From the NCBI GenBank assembly GCA_964422145.1, contig CAYQZV010000001.1, forward strand, positions 193,750 through 257,749: a DNA stretch of 64,000 nt, in the 5' to 3' direction. The position numbers and the translations under genes are program-made. The DNA is from an uncultured bacterium (lineage in GTDB: Bacteria > Fidelibacterota > Marinisomatia > Marinisomatales > JACNKV01). Each line of letters opens with the position of its first letter. Within the stretch, counting starts at the first letter, position 1. The notes below the pieces were generated by a model. It saw only the letters and a list, made by a program, of their open reading frames with translations, did no database searches and was not told the DNA's origin. Positions 54,611 to 64,000 of this stretch are shown in pieces.

Positions 54611-54630
54611 CCTGTGATCAAAATCACAGG
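54611..54630 (+). terminator. Hairpin CCTGTGAT-CAAA-ATCACAGG after ybjQ
   Basis: Read directly. The downstream T-tract is weak or delayed. Confidence 0.5.
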
Positions 54631-54761
54631 GTGAAAAAAACTGTTTTATATATATCTCTTGTAATATTATATTTCTAACAGATATAACGATTATAACAGT
54701 AATAATAGTTATAATAGAATCTGGGATTCGCGTGTATATCAAAAAATCGAATGGAGCCACA

Positions 54762-56003
54762 ATGAAGAGAATTACCATATTCATATTAACATTAGCCGTG
54801 TTCATCTCTGCACAATATCCCGTCAATCTTGATGTTACTCTCACTCCGTATGTAACATATTATATTTCCTCGGTTGATTTAAATACAGGAAGCTCAAGTG
54901 TTCCGATTTTTCAAGCAAGACTTTCAAACAATACTTCAGACAGCGTGTCGGTGATCATGGATTTTGAAGTCATTATCGACTCAGACTTTTTGGGTTTGGA
55001 CAGTGAAACCATCATCAAAGCGAAAACGAACCCCTTCTTTTTTGAAAACGATATCTTTATTTCAAATATGGACATGACAGTTGACACAAGAGGCATTTAC
55101 GATGTTGAAGGAAATCAAGTAGAGATTTCAGTCGTCATAGAAGAAAAAATCGACATGGATATGTCAACAGCTGAAGACTTATTTAACGCTGTTGTGCAAT
55201 CCGGGAAACTGCCTGATGGGAATTACAGCTATCGGGTAAATTTATATAACGGTGAGGATGAAACGGAAGTTTGGGGCGAGTTTGAAGAAACACTCAGCGT
55301 TACCTCTCCAACCTATTTACAGCTGATCTCTCCCGGCGGACAGCTTGCGGATACGACATCGAATGAAATATTCACGAATTATCCCGTGCTTCAGTGGGAA
55401 TCAGATCCATGCAACTACATTGACCCCGAAACCGGAGATTACGGTTGTCAATATTTTCTGCGGGTAGCGGAGTTTAATCCAGAAATTCATTCTTCAGTTG
55501 ATGAAGCCATTGAATCCACAACCCGATTACCGCTGAACCAAGCTGAGGATTGGGAATTGGTCGGAACCGGCGTGACATCATTTCAGTATCCTGCAATCGA
55601 CGTTGGAGAATTAGAGCAGGGAAAAGTATACGTCTGGCAATGTTTAAAACGGATAAAAACCACGGATGGTTTCGACGAAGTATTTAGTGACATTATGGTG
55701 TTTAAAGTCAAGGATTTTACCGAAACCGCAGAGGAAGAAGCGGAACCGGCATCCAGCGGTGAAGATGCACCGGCGTCAGCTGCACTCCAGTCCATCATTG
55801 GAGGGGATCAATTTGAAGCCCTGTTTGGTGAAGGAGGTTCAGCCTATGGATATTTACCAACGGGAAACATTCTGCATAACAATACCGTTGTCGACCTTTC
55901 GTTTGTCCAATCCTTGTTGTCAGGCGGGATAGAAGAAACCGATTCGGAGGGAAACACCTCCTACCGCCCGATCTCCATCATCTCAGTTGAGGTGTCCGAA
56001 TGA
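54762..56003 (+). CDS. Hypothetical secreted protein (413 aa) with an acidic C-terminal region. First gene of a three-gene envelope operon.
   Basis: ATG at 54762 with GGAG 5 nt upstream. Signal peptide MKRITIFILTLAVFISA. I recognise no family. The stop overlaps the next gene's start (ATGA). Confidence 0.65.
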   Translation: MKRITIFILTLAVFISAQYPVNLDVTLTPYVTYYISSVDLNTGSSSVPIFQARLSNNTSDSVSVIMDFEVIIDSDFLGLDSETIIKAKTNPFFFENDIFISNMDMTVDTRGIYDVEGNQVEISVVIEEKIDMDMSTAEDLFNAVVQSGKLPDGNYSYRVNLYNGEDETEVWGEFEETLSVTSPTYLQLISPGGQLADTTSNEIFTNYPVLQWESDPCNYIDPETGDYGCQYFLRVAEFNPEIHSSVDEAIESTTRLPLNQAEDWELVGTGVTSFQYPAIDVGELEQGKVYVWQCLKRIKTTDGFDEVFSDIMVFKVKDFTETAEEEAEPASSGEDAPASAALQSIIGGDQFEALFGEGGSAYGYLPTGNILHNNTVVDLSFVQSLLSGGIEETDSEGNTSYRPISIISVEVSE

Positions 56004-56671
56004 AACAAATAATCATATCAGTCATGTTTCTCACCATGTTGTTCGGTGAGAGAAAAATTGCCATTGCTGTTAAATCAAAAGGCACCGTAAATCATGTATT
56101 TGCAGGTCAGGAAACAACAGCGCCATTGAAACTCGGAGCCGGATTGGCCAATGAAGACAGAATTCAAACAGACGAAGACGGATTTGCGGTGGTGATGTAT
56201 TTGGATGACAAAACCACAATGAAAATTCGTGAAGACTCTGATTTTCTGGTTGGAGGACAGAGATCGGAAAGCGGGATTAATAAACGTGTTTTTCTCAATT
56301 ATGGACAATTGAAAGTCTCGGTCACAAAACAAAAAGGAAAAGAATTTATTATTGCGACAACAACATCAGTTGCCTCAGTAAAAGGAACGGAAATCATTGT
56401 TGTTTCAGACCCGTTGTTGGGGGATTTGTTCTCCACATTAACCGGATCAATTGTTGTTACAAATAATATCACCGGAGATTCAACGGCTGTCAATGTAGGA
56501 GAGACGGCAAGTTCTACTCCAGATGGCGAACTAGATCTTACTGAAACGAATGAGGAATTGCTTCCTGAATTTGAAACAGAAGAAGAAACCGGCGAAGAAA
56601 TTAATGAATTAAAGTTCGAAATCGAAGATGCAAACGGAAACATAAAGGAAGTAATTATTCGGTATCAATAA
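56000..56671 (+). CDS. FecR-domain protein with an acidic C-terminal tail
   Basis: 223 aa with an N-terminal hydrophobic segment. FecR-like beta-rich core (...KLGAGLANEDRIQTDEDGFAVVMYLDDKTTMKIREDSDFLV...TTTSVASVKGTEIIVV...). Tail rich in E/T. Confidence 0.6.
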   Translation: MKQIIISVMFLTMLFGERKIAIAVKSKGTVNHVFAGQETTAPLKLGAGLANEDRIQTDEDGFAVVMYLDDKTTMKIREDSDFLVGGQRSESGINKRVFLNYGQLKVSVTKQKGKEFIIATTTSVASVKGTEIIVVSDPLLGDLFSTLTGSIVVTNNITGDSTAVNVGETASSTPDGELDLTETNEELLPEFETEEETGEEINELKFEIEDANGNIKEVIIRYQ

Positions 56672-56701
56672 TGTTTTTCTAAAACAAGAAACAGGCTCAT
56701 T

Positions 56702-59035
56702 ATGAAAAAAAGAATAATTAAAATACTGTTTATGATTGGAATAACATCACAATGTTTTGCTGATGATATTCTAATTTTTAGTCCGATGCCGGATGAAACG
56801 GTATTCGGAACTGATGTGTTGATCGCCGCATCGTTTTATTCTTTGGGTGGTGTATCAACCGATCGAATCCAAGTGTTTTTAAATGATATTGAGATCACCA
56901 ATCAGGCGGAAGTAGAACCGGAAATGGTCAGCTATGCGCCTTCAATACTAAACTCAGGTAAACATATCGTATTGATCAGAATTTTTCGGGACAACATGGA
57001 CCCGCTTGAACAGACCTGGGGTTTTACGGTTACCGGAGAGAAAAAATGGACAGATGAAATTGATTGGGGTGGAAAAATAACATCTGATTACCGATTGGAA
57101 CAAGCGGGAGAAGAAGAGCTGTCCCTTGGAAATGTCGGTGTATACTTTAACGGTTCAGCCTATGAATGGTTTAAACTAAAAACCAGCATCAAACTTGCAT
57201 CAGATGAAGACCCGCTTCTTCAGCCTAGAAACCGCTTTACATTGCAGGCATCTTTAGGTAAATATTTTGATCTAGGTTTTGGTGATACAAATCCAAGAAT
57301 GACGCGATTCACGTTAGACGGGAAACGGGTCCGCGGGTTTAATGCCCATCTGAAACTAAAGTATTTAAAAGTTCATTTTATCACCGGAGAACTCGTCCGT
57401 GCGATCGATGGAAACTTAAATGAAAACGAACCGAACTCGGCTTATGTTATTTTTCACCAAGGGTTTCAGGACTCACTTGCCACATTTAGGTTGAACCGGC
57501 AAGGATACACGTTCAAACAAAAGATTTTAGCCGGCCGACTCAGCTTTGGCCGAGGAAAGAATTTTCAGTTGGGCTTGAATTTTTTGAAGGTAAAAGACGA
57601 TATAAATAGTGTTAATCCTGTTATAGAAAAGGCCAACATTGTTGTTGACAATGAAGACTGGGCATTGGCATCGGGTGTCTATACATTTGATGAAATTACT
57701 AGATTAAACGGAGCCCCGACAGGAAACGGATATTATTATCAAATACTTCAAGACGAAGAAAGCGATTGGGGTGGAGCAACTCCGAAAGATAATCTTGTTA
57801 TCAGTTCCGATATCGGAATGTATTTTGACAATAAAAAGATACTATTAGAAGGTGAAGCCGCTTTAAGCTTATACAATAAAGATATTTGGAACGGCGCGAT
57901 GTCCATTGCAGAGATGGACACACTCATGGATGACAGTCTCGACAATTCGCTGGCGGGATCATTTGACCTTTCAACACTCCCTTTTGACCCACAGGATATT
58001 GAAGATATTTTTGTGATTGGTTTTAATATGGTTCCGCTAGCACCGATCGACATTTCAATTTTTACCGATTCATCTAAAACAAGCATAACAGACGCAATCT
58101 TAAATATGCCCTCTTTATCTTATAGGGGAAGAGCAAAGCTAAATTATTTTGGTCATTATTTCACGGCAGAATATTCCCGGATCGGCCCTGAATACAGGTC
58201 ATTGGCAAACCCTTATTTATTGGCGGGATTTAATCAGGTAACAATTAGTGACAGAATCCAATTATTTAAAAACAGGGTTCTTTTAACCTTAGAATATCGA
58301 CATCAAAACGATGATGTTCTCACCGCAGAAACAAATGTAACGACCGAAAATCGAATCCTGACAAACATGACTTTGATTCCAGGGCCGGGATTACCAACCT
58401 TCACAGTTGGGTTTAGAAACACGAATCGAGAAAATGGAATTACTGATATCGAAGAGTTTATCAATCAGACGACAGATAGCACGACGTACAAGGATAACCG
58501 TGAAAACACAAATACAATAAGCTTTACGTCATCAGCGACTTATGTATTCAATCTTTTTGACTCACGGCATACGGTATTTGGCACATTTGTCTCGTATAAT
58601 AAAGCCGATCAGATAACCGATGATCGTGAACTGGACCCGGCATATGTTGATCCTAAACTTGTTTCAAATGTGTTTAATTTTGCTTTGACATCGCGATATG
58701 GTTTTATCCCGTTAAAAACAACACTGAGTTTTACAATGAACACCAGTGAGTTCAGTATTGCCCCCGGAGAAGTTGCCGACCAGCAATTCATGTCCGGAAA
58801 ACTGAGCGTTGAGTATGGATTCATTGATAATAAACTCGCCGTGTTGGGAGGACTTGATTTTATGACCGGAGAGGGGATCCAAGATGTTTCAAAATTTGGG
58901 ATGAACGGCGGCGTTCGGTTTAAACTGATTGACGGACTGATGGCACAAGCCACACTCAATGTCAGACAAAAATCTGTAGCCGGAGAGTCTTCATCTGAAG
59001 TGATAGGCGTTGCGACGCTTTCGTATCTTTTCTAG
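56702..59035 (+). CDS. Hypothetical outer-membrane beta-barrel protein (777 aa) with an N-terminal Ig-like domain
   Basis: Signal peptide MKKRIIKILFMIGITSQCFA. Long run of alternating amphipathic strands. C-terminal ...ATLSYLF (aromatic terminus). Confidence 0.6.
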   Translation: MKKRIIKILFMIGITSQCFADDILIFSPMPDETVFGTDVLIAASFYSLGGVSTDRIQVFLNDIEITNQAEVEPEMVSYAPSILNSGKHIVLIRIFRDNMDPLEQTWGFTVTGEKKWTDEIDWGGKITSDYRLEQAGEEELSLGNVGVYFNGSAYEWFKLKTSIKLASDEDPLLQPRNRFTLQASLGKYFDLGFGDTNPRMTRFTLDGKRVRGFNAHLKLKYLKVHFITGELVRAIDGNLNENEPNSAYVIFHQGFQDSLATFRLNRQGYTFKQKILAGRLSFGRGKNFQLGLNFLKVKDDINSVNPVIEKANIVVDNEDWALASGVYTFDEITRLNGAPTGNGYYYQILQDEESDWGGATPKDNLVISSDIGMYFDNKKILLEGEAALSLYNKDIWNGAMSIAEMDTLMDDSLDNSLAGSFDLSTLPFDPQDIEDIFVIGFNMVPLAPIDISIFTDSSKTSITDAILNMPSLSYRGRAKLNYFGHYFTAEYSRIGPEYRSLANPYLLAGFNQVTISDRIQLFKNRVLLTLEYRHQNDDVLTAETNVTTENRILTNMTLIPGPGLPTFTVGFRNTNRENGITDIEEFINQTTDSTTYKDNRENTNTISFTSSATYVFNLFDSRHTVFGTFVSYNKADQITDDRELDPAYVDPKLVSNVFNFALTSRYGFIPLKTTLSFTMNTSEFSIAPGEVADQQFMSGKLSVEYGFIDNKLAVLGGLDFMTGEGIQDVSKFGMNGGVRFKLIDGLMAQATLNVRQKSVAGESSSEVIGVATLSYLF

Positions 59036-59054
59036 TCCGCTTGGTTGGATGTGA

Positions 59055-59090
59055 ATAAAAAAACCACGATAATGTTATCGTGGTTTTTTT
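59055..59090. terminator. Bidirectional terminator (A-tract, CCACGATA-ATGT-TATCGTGG, T-tract) between the beta-barrel gene and nifJ
   Basis: Read directly. Confidence 0.85.
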
Positions 59091-59129
59091 ATTTAATCAT
59101 GATTGTCCTACACCGGACAACCAAATGAG

Positions 59130-62100
59130 TTATTCTTCTGTTTCATTTACCCAGCTTGAACGTCTGACGAAACTCGCGTAGTTTGCTTCGACTTGCTTTT
59201 CAGCTTCTTTGAGTAATTCCTCAGCGCGTTCCGGCATGCTTTTTGTCAGCATTTTAAACCGGTTTTCGTGATAAAGAAAGTCTTTCAGGTTTCCTTTGGG
59301 TTTCTTTGAATCCAGTTTCAACGGGTTTTTCCCCTCGAGAGCATTCTCAGGATTGTAACGGTACAGTGTCCAGTATCCGCTGTCTACAGCAGCTTTTTGC
59401 TGTTTCAATCCGTCTTCCATACCGTATCCATGAGCGATACAATGACTGTATGCAATGATGATTGATGGTCCTGGATAAGCTTCTGCCTCAATGAACGCTC
59501 GAATGGTTTGAGTGTCGTTTGCACCCATTGCCACGGATGCAACATAGACATTACCGTAGCTCATGGCTATCGCACCAAGGTCTTTCTTGCCCATACTTTT
59601 TCCTGAGGCGGCAAATTTTGCAATTGCAGCCATTGGTGTAGCTTTAGATGCCTGACCACCTGTGTTGGAATAGACCTCAGTATCCAAGACAAGAATGTTG
59701 ACGTTTTCACCGGAAGCGATCACATGATCTAAGCCGCCGAAACCGATGTCATAAGCCCATCCGTCTCCGCCCATGATCCAGACACTTTTCTTTACTAAGT
59801 TATCTGAGATTGAGAGAAGCTGTTTGGCGCGAGGATTGTCTAAGCCTTCTAAAGCAGATTCAAGCTGTTCTACACGTTTACGTTGTTCAAAGATGCCCGG
59901 TTCAGTGGTTTGGTCTGCATTCAGAATTGCATCAACCAATTCATTTTGACCGATCTTTAGACGAAGTTCTTCAAGCAGTTCTTGCGCATGTTCTTGGTGT
60001 TTATTGATTGTCATTCTAAATCCAAGTCCGAATTCGGCATTATCTTCAAACAGAGAGTTGTTCCAGGTTGGGCCGCGGCCTTCTGCATTCTTTGCCCACG
60101 GTGTTGTCGGGAGATTTCCACCGTAGATGGATGAACATCCAGTGGCATTCGCAACGACCATTCTATCGCCGAAAAGCTGAGAAGCCAATTTCACGTAAGG
60201 TGTTTCACCGCACCCGGCACACGCACCGGAGAACTCAAATAACGGCTGTAGAAGCTGACTGCCGCGAGGCGTGACATGATTCACTTTTTCACGGTCAACT
60301 TCAGGGATGTTTAAAAAGAAATCCCAGTTCTCAACTTCTTTCTCTTTGATCGGGAGCCAATCTTCCATATTGATGGCTTTGTGATCCGGGTTGGTTTTAT
60401 CTGAAATCGGACAAACATCTACACACAGAGTACATCCGGTACAATCTTCGCCGGCAACCTGAAGTGTGTAAACTTCATTTTCATTCCACTCCTTACCTTT
60501 GGCTTTTACGTGCTTGAAGGTTTCAGGTGCATCTGAAAGCAAGGCGTTATCATAGATTTTTGGACGGATCACAGCATGCGGACAAACCATCACACATTTG
60601 TTACACTGGATACAAATATCTGGATCCCAAACCGGAACTTCATCAGAGATATTCCGTTTTTCAAATTGCGTGGTTGCCGTCGGCCAGGTTCCGTCTGTAG
60701 GCATAGCGCTGACAGGAAGAGCATCTCCTTCGCCGGCAATGATCTTTGATGTCACATTTTTATAAAACTCAGGCGCTTTATCGCTGAGTTCAACACCTTT
60801 TGCTTCAACCCCAGTTTCAATATTCGGCACATCAATCTGATGCAGGTTAGCCAGCGTTTTATCAACAGCTTCATAGTTTTTCTCAACCACCGCATCGCCT
60901 TTGATCCCGTAGGTCTTTTTAATTGCCTGTTTGATTTTGGCGATGGCTTCTTCCTGTGAAAGGATACCGGAGATCGCAAAGAAACACGTCTGCATGATCG
61001 TATTGATACGGGTCCCCATTCCGGTTTCTTTTGCAACCGCACGCGCGTTGATATTATAAAACGCTAGTTTTTTATCAATGATGTGTTTTTGAACATTCCG
61101 TGGGAGCTCGTTCCAAACCTCATCGGACGAATAAGGACTGTTTAATAAGAAGATTCCACCGGGGACAGCATTTCCTAAGACATCTTGTGTCATCAATAAT
61201 TCAAATTTATGAACCGCAATGAAATTCGCATGCTGGATCAAATAAGTTGATTGAATTTGTTTCTTGCCGAAACGAAGGTGAGATACGGTCGTACTGCCGG
61301 ATTTTTTTGAATCATACACAAAATATCCCTGGGCAAAATTGTCTGTTTCTTCACCAATGATCTTGATCGAGTTTTTGTTTGCACCCACGGTACCGTCTGA
61401 ACCCAACCCGTAGAACATCCCTCTGAAAACGCCGTCTTCATTGAGAAGGAACTCATCCTTGACGTCTAAACTGGTGTTCGTCACGTCGTCGATAATACCT
61501 ACAGTGAAGTGATTTTTGGGTGCATCCTGATCGAGATTATCAAAGATGGCTTTGATCATCGACGGTGTAAATTCTTTCGAAGACAGTCCGTAACGCCCGC
61601 CGTAGATTTTCGGGGTTTCACTAAATGGAAAATCATCAGTGTTCGATGCTTCAGCGATTGCCGCAACAACATCACCGTATAGCGGCTCGCCCACAGCGCC
61701 CGGTTCTTTCGTCCGGTCAAGCACAGCAAGTTGTTTAACAGTTGAAGGAAGCGCTTTGATAAAATGTTCAATAGAGAACGGTCTGTAGAGCCGGACTTTC
61801 AACACACCGACTTTTTGGCCGTCTTTATTCATTGCATTGACGGTTTCATGCACAGATTCTGCACCCGACCCCATGATAATGATAACTTTTTCAGCATCTT
61901 CTGCACCGTAATAATCAAAAAGACGATAGGATCTGCCGGTCAATTCAGCGAACTTGTCCATTGTCTTTTGCACAACGCCCGGAACAGCATCATAATATGG
62001 ATTAATGGTTTCACGAGTTTGGAAGTAAGTATCCGGATTGTGAGCGGTTCCGCGCAGCACAGGACTGTTCGGGTTCATGGCTCGTTTACGATTTGCGATG

Positions 62101-62699
62101 ACCAGATCGTTGTCGATCATTGTTTTAATGTCATCGTCATCCAGTTGTTCAATTTTAATCACTTCGTGTGAAGTTCTAAATCCGTCAAAGAAGTGCAGGA
62201 AGGGCAAACGAACTTCCAGTGTGGCAGCTTGAGCAATTAAGGCAAAATCCTGAACTTCTTGAACGCTTCCCGATGCCAGCATAGACCATCCGGCTTGACG
62301 AACGGCCATGACATCGGAATGGTCACCAAAGATTGAAAGTGCATGTGTTGCGATCGTTCTTGCGGAGACATGGAAGACCGTCGGCGTCATTTCTGCCGCG
62401 ATCTTATACATATTCGGGATCATAAGCAGTAATCCCTGCGACGCTGTAAACGTTGTGGTTAACGCTCCGGTTTGGAGCGCGCCGTGAACAGCCCCGGCTG
62501 CACCGCCTTCACTTTGCATTTCTACAACGGATGGTGTGGTTCCCCAAATATTTTTTCTGTCTTCGGACGACCATGCGTCGGCATGCTCTCCCATTGCAGA
62601 TGATGGGGTGATGGGATAAATAGCAATAACTTCATTCGTTTTATGGGCGATATAAGCGGCGGCTTCGTTGCCGTCAATAGTTACCATTTTTCTGGACAT
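59130..62699 (-). CDS. nifJ: Pyruvate:ferredoxin (flavodoxin) oxidoreductase, single-polypeptide type
   Basis: 1189 aa. Two ferredoxin-type clusters (CIQCNKCVMVCP, CTGCTLCVDVCP). TPP-binding region GGDGWAYDIGFGGLDHV. Confidence 0.95.
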   Translation of the reverse strand: MSRKMVTIDGNEAAAYIAHKTNEVIAIYPITPSSAMGEHADAWSSEDRKNIWGTTPSVVEMQSEGGAAGAVHGALQTGALTTTFTASQGLLLMIPNMYKIAAEMTPTVFHVSARTIATHALSIFGDHSDVMAVRQAGWSMLASGSVQEVQDFALIAQAATLEVRLPFLHFFDGFRTSHEVIKIEQLDDDDIKTMIDNDLVIANRKRAMNPNSPVLRGTAHNPDTYFQTRETINPYYDAVPGVVQKTMDKFAELTGRSYRLFDYYGAEDAEKVIIIMGSGAESVHETVNAMNKDGQKVGVLKVRLYRPFSIEHFIKALPSTVKQLAVLDRTKEPGAVGEPLYGDVVAAIAEASNTDDFPFSETPKIYGGRYGLSSKEFTPSMIKAIFDNLDQDAPKNHFTVGIIDDVTNTSLDVKDEFLLNEDGVFRGMFYGLGSDGTVGANKNSIKIIGEETDNFAQGYFVYDSKKSGSTTVSHLRFGKKQIQSTYLIQHANFIAVHKFELLMTQDVLGNAVPGGIFLLNSPYSSDEVWNELPRNVQKHIIDKKLAFYNINARAVAKETGMGTRINTIMQTCFFAISGILSQEEAIAKIKQAIKKTYGIKGDAVVEKNYEAVDKTLANLHQIDVPNIETGVEAKGVELSDKAPEFYKNVTSKIIAGEGDALPVSAMPTDGTWPTATTQFEKRNISDEVPVWDPDICIQCNKCVMVCPHAVIRPKIYDNALLSDAPETFKHVKAKGKEWNENEVYTLQVAGEDCTGCTLCVDVCPISDKTNPDHKAINMEDWLPIKEKEVENWDFFLNIPEVDREKVNHVTPRGSQLLQPLFEFSGACAGCGETPYVKLASQLFGDRMVVANATGCSSIYGGNLPTTPWAKNAEGRGPTWNNSLFEDNAEFGLGFRMTINKHQEHAQELLEELRLKIGQNELVDAILNADQTTEPGIFEQRKRVEQLESALEGLDNPRAKQLLSISDNLVKKSVWIMGGDGWAYDIGFGGLDHVIASGENVNILVLDTEVYSNTGGQASKATPMAAIAKFAASGKSMGKKDLGAIAMSYGNVYVASVAMGANDTQTIRAFIEAEAYPGPSIIIAYSHCIAHGYGMEDGLKQQKAAVDSGYWTLYRYNPENALEGKNPLKLDSKKPKGNLKDFLYHENRFKMLTKSMPERAEELLKEAEKQVEANYASFVRRSSWVNETEE

Positions 62700-62825
62700 C
62701 TTCTTTTCCTTATGGTTTTTTAATGAAAAAACTGTGCTGACCTCTAAGATCAGCGCGAAATTTACAAACTTTTTTAATTTCGCAACTACGACAAAAGAGA
62801 AAAGATAATGGATATATAAATGAGT

Positions 62826-63152
62826 TTATTCTTCCCAGATATTATAGATCACACCGAACGGATCTCGAATATAACAATCTTGTCCTTTTCCTCTCCACCG
62901 AAGGACTTTACACCCGTTTTTGACGAGGTGGTCACGGGCTTCTTTGAGATCGGACACAAATAACTCCAGCACCGGCCCGCTGAACTCATCGTCCTCTAAA
63001 ACATAAAGAGTGATCGGATCCGCATCAAATTCAGCTAAATCCGGATCGGAAGAACGATTTTTAAACCCGATTACATTTGAGTAGAAATCAACAGCTTCTG
63101 AAAAATTTTTATGTCGAACAGCGATATTTGAGCTCATTTTGAATTTGATCAT
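62826..63152 (-). CDS. VOC (glyoxalase/bleomycin-resistance) family protein
   Basis: 108 aa with a single betaalphabetabetabeta module pattern (...AVDFYSNVIGF...DPFGVIYNIWE). Confidence 0.6.
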   Translation of the reverse strand: MIKFKMSSNIAVRHKNFSEAVDFYSNVIGFKNRSSDPDLAEFDADPITLYVLEDDEFSGPVLELFVSDLKEARDHLVKNGCKVLRWRGKGQDCYIRDPFGVIYNIWEE

Positions 63153-63163
63153 GGTCTCACTCC

Positions 63164-63616
63164 TTAATGATTATCATTTGGTGTAAAGGTAAGGGTTAAA
63201 ACATCCGGTAAAAGTAAGTCGTGGATAAAATCTCCTTTTTGTCGCGTCCATGCGGCTTTTACATTAATGATAGTTTTACCATCGTAAACACCGCTCCACT
63301 CAATCGTTTCTCCGTTTCCGATTGGAGCTTTTGCATAAAACTTTATACCGCCATCCACCGACTCCCATGAATATTCAATTTTATCGTGAGAACCTTTTGC
63401 AGACCAAATCAGGAAACCATCTTCGAATGAAAGTGTCCCCTTGACACCGATCAATCCATAAATTCCATCGGCTTTGATTTTTCCATGGAATGTTTTTCCG
63501 CCCAAAGCGGAAGATGGTTTTTCATCAGACGCGCATAAACTATTTACAGACAAAAACAGACCAATCGTCAAACAGACATCAAAACAGTTTCTCAACACAC
63601 TCCTTTTTCTATACAT
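63164..63616 (-). CDS. Hypothetical small secreted protein
   Basis: Probable ATG at 63616 (MYRKRSVLRNCFDVCLTIGLFLSVNSLCA signal peptide). The track start 63667 would overlap the MATE gene. Confidence 0.5.
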   Translation of the reverse strand: MYRKRSVLRNCFDVCLTIGLFLSVNSLCASDEKPSSALGGKTFHGKIKADGIYGLIGVKGTLSFEDGFLIWSAKGSHDKIEYSWESVDGGIKFYAKAPIGNGETIEWSGVYDGKTIINVKAAWTRQKGDFIHDLLLPDVLTLTFTPNDNH

Positions 63617-64000
63617 CGATATGCTTCCAATCACCTTTGTTGATTTTCCACACCATTGCCGCTGCAAAAATCACGATATATACAATAAAGATTGCCCACG
63701 GACCCATAAATCCGGTATGAAAATATTTGACAGCGATATAACTAGCGGGGAGAAAAAACCCCCAAACCACCAATGCTTCCACGGTGGCCGGGAAAATCGT
63801 ATTTCCCGCGCCGGAGAGGGCAAACCAGAGCGTTAATCCAAAGGCATCAACAAACTGAACCAATGCAGCCAGCCGAAGAGCATTGATCCCGATTTCTAAA
63901 ACCTGAGGGTCATTCGTAAAAATGGGAATGATATATTGCGGGAGAAAGAGGAACATAATTCCTACAGCCCCCATGACTAAAAAAGACCAGCGCACACTTT
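63609..64000 (-). CDS. MATE family efflux transporter, C-terminal ~130 aa (partial; continues past the right window edge)
   Basis: The frame stays open to position 64000. ...NALRLAALVQFVDAFGLTLWFALSGAGNT... is typical of the last MATE TM helices. Confidence 0.7.
   Translation of the reverse strand, partial: SVRWSFLVMGAVGIMFLFLPQYIIPIFTNDPQVLEIGINALRLAALVQFVDAFGLTLWFALSGAGNTIFPATVEALVVWGFFLPASYIAVKYFHTGFMGPWAIFIVYIVIFAAAMVWKINKGDWKHIDV

Noticed and set aside
62738-62765. Hairpin GCTGA-N9-TCAGC after the VOC gene as a terminator
   Set aside because: The stem is only 5 bp with a 9-nt loop. A T-tract follows on the minus strand, but this is too weak to call.
1-64000. Scan for tRNA/rRNA genes, CRISPR arrays, transposases, integrases, toxin-antitoxin pairs and known defence-system genes
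   Set aside because: None was seen. There are no T-loop-like GGTTCGAATCC motifs, no regularly spaced direct repeats outside coding repeats, and no ORFs with recombinase, nuclease, ATPase or defence signatures. All sizeable ORFs are accounted for by the annotations above. This was a by-eye scan, so small RNAs could have been missed.

Overview
This 64 kb window looks like the replication-origin neighbourhood of a compact bacterial chromosome. By eye GC is about 40-45%. Shine-Dalgarno sites are in use and sigma70-like promoters are visible. Two cargo proteins carry type IX secretion (T9SS) C-terminal sorting domains, which points to the FCB superphylum; I cannot place it more precisely from sequence alone.

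Layout:
- Left arm, minus strand: a tightly packed array rpmH-yidD-yidC-mnmE-mnmG-mfd. The mfd gene runs off the left edge and is missing from the ORF track because it is partial.
- dnaA diverges at 7076. Two tandem perfect DnaA boxes overlap its GTG start.
- Where dnaN would normally follow dnaA, there are two giant modular secreted proteins (2024 aa and 1375 aa) with T9SS sorting tails, then ssb.
- The rest is mostly housekeeping or envelope genes: plsC, an EamA transporter, an aldo/keto reductase, GTP-type PEPCK, an alpha/beta hydrolase, and a DUF1844 / GT-C (DUF2723) / GT2 glycosylation trio opposite a DUF4835-like gene.
- These are followed by a short asparaginase-like protein plus an ArsC-family protein, a FadL-like outer-membrane protein with two lipoproteins, and an Oar-like TonB-dependent receptor.
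- Next is a coherent nucleoside and SAM-by-product salvage block: nupC | mtnA-aldolase | mtaD | purA-hpt-purB.
- After that come a GDPD, a penicillin/AHL-acylase family Ntn hydrolase, a YwiC-like protein, a DHFR-like protein, a Zn-metalloprotease coupled to an ICMT-like methyltransferase, and YbjQ.
- The window ends with an uncharacterised three-gene envelope operon (secreted protein, FecR-domain protein, 777-aa beta-barrel), PFOR (nifJ), a VOC protein, a small secreted protein and a partial MATE transporter.

I found no rRNA, tRNA, CRISPR array, transposase or integrase by eye.

Best candidates for undescribed biology:
- the origin-proximal pair of giant T9SS cargo proteins built from unnamed repeat modules, one with a nuclease-less ExeM/NucH-like head;
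- the 54.7-59.0 kb three-gene envelope operon;
- a 15-bp perfect-palindrome motif sitting on two consecutive translation-initiation regions;
- the deaminase-first MTA/5'-deoxyadenosine salvage cluster fused to AMP regeneration.

All family assignments come from motif recognition by eye, not from database searches.
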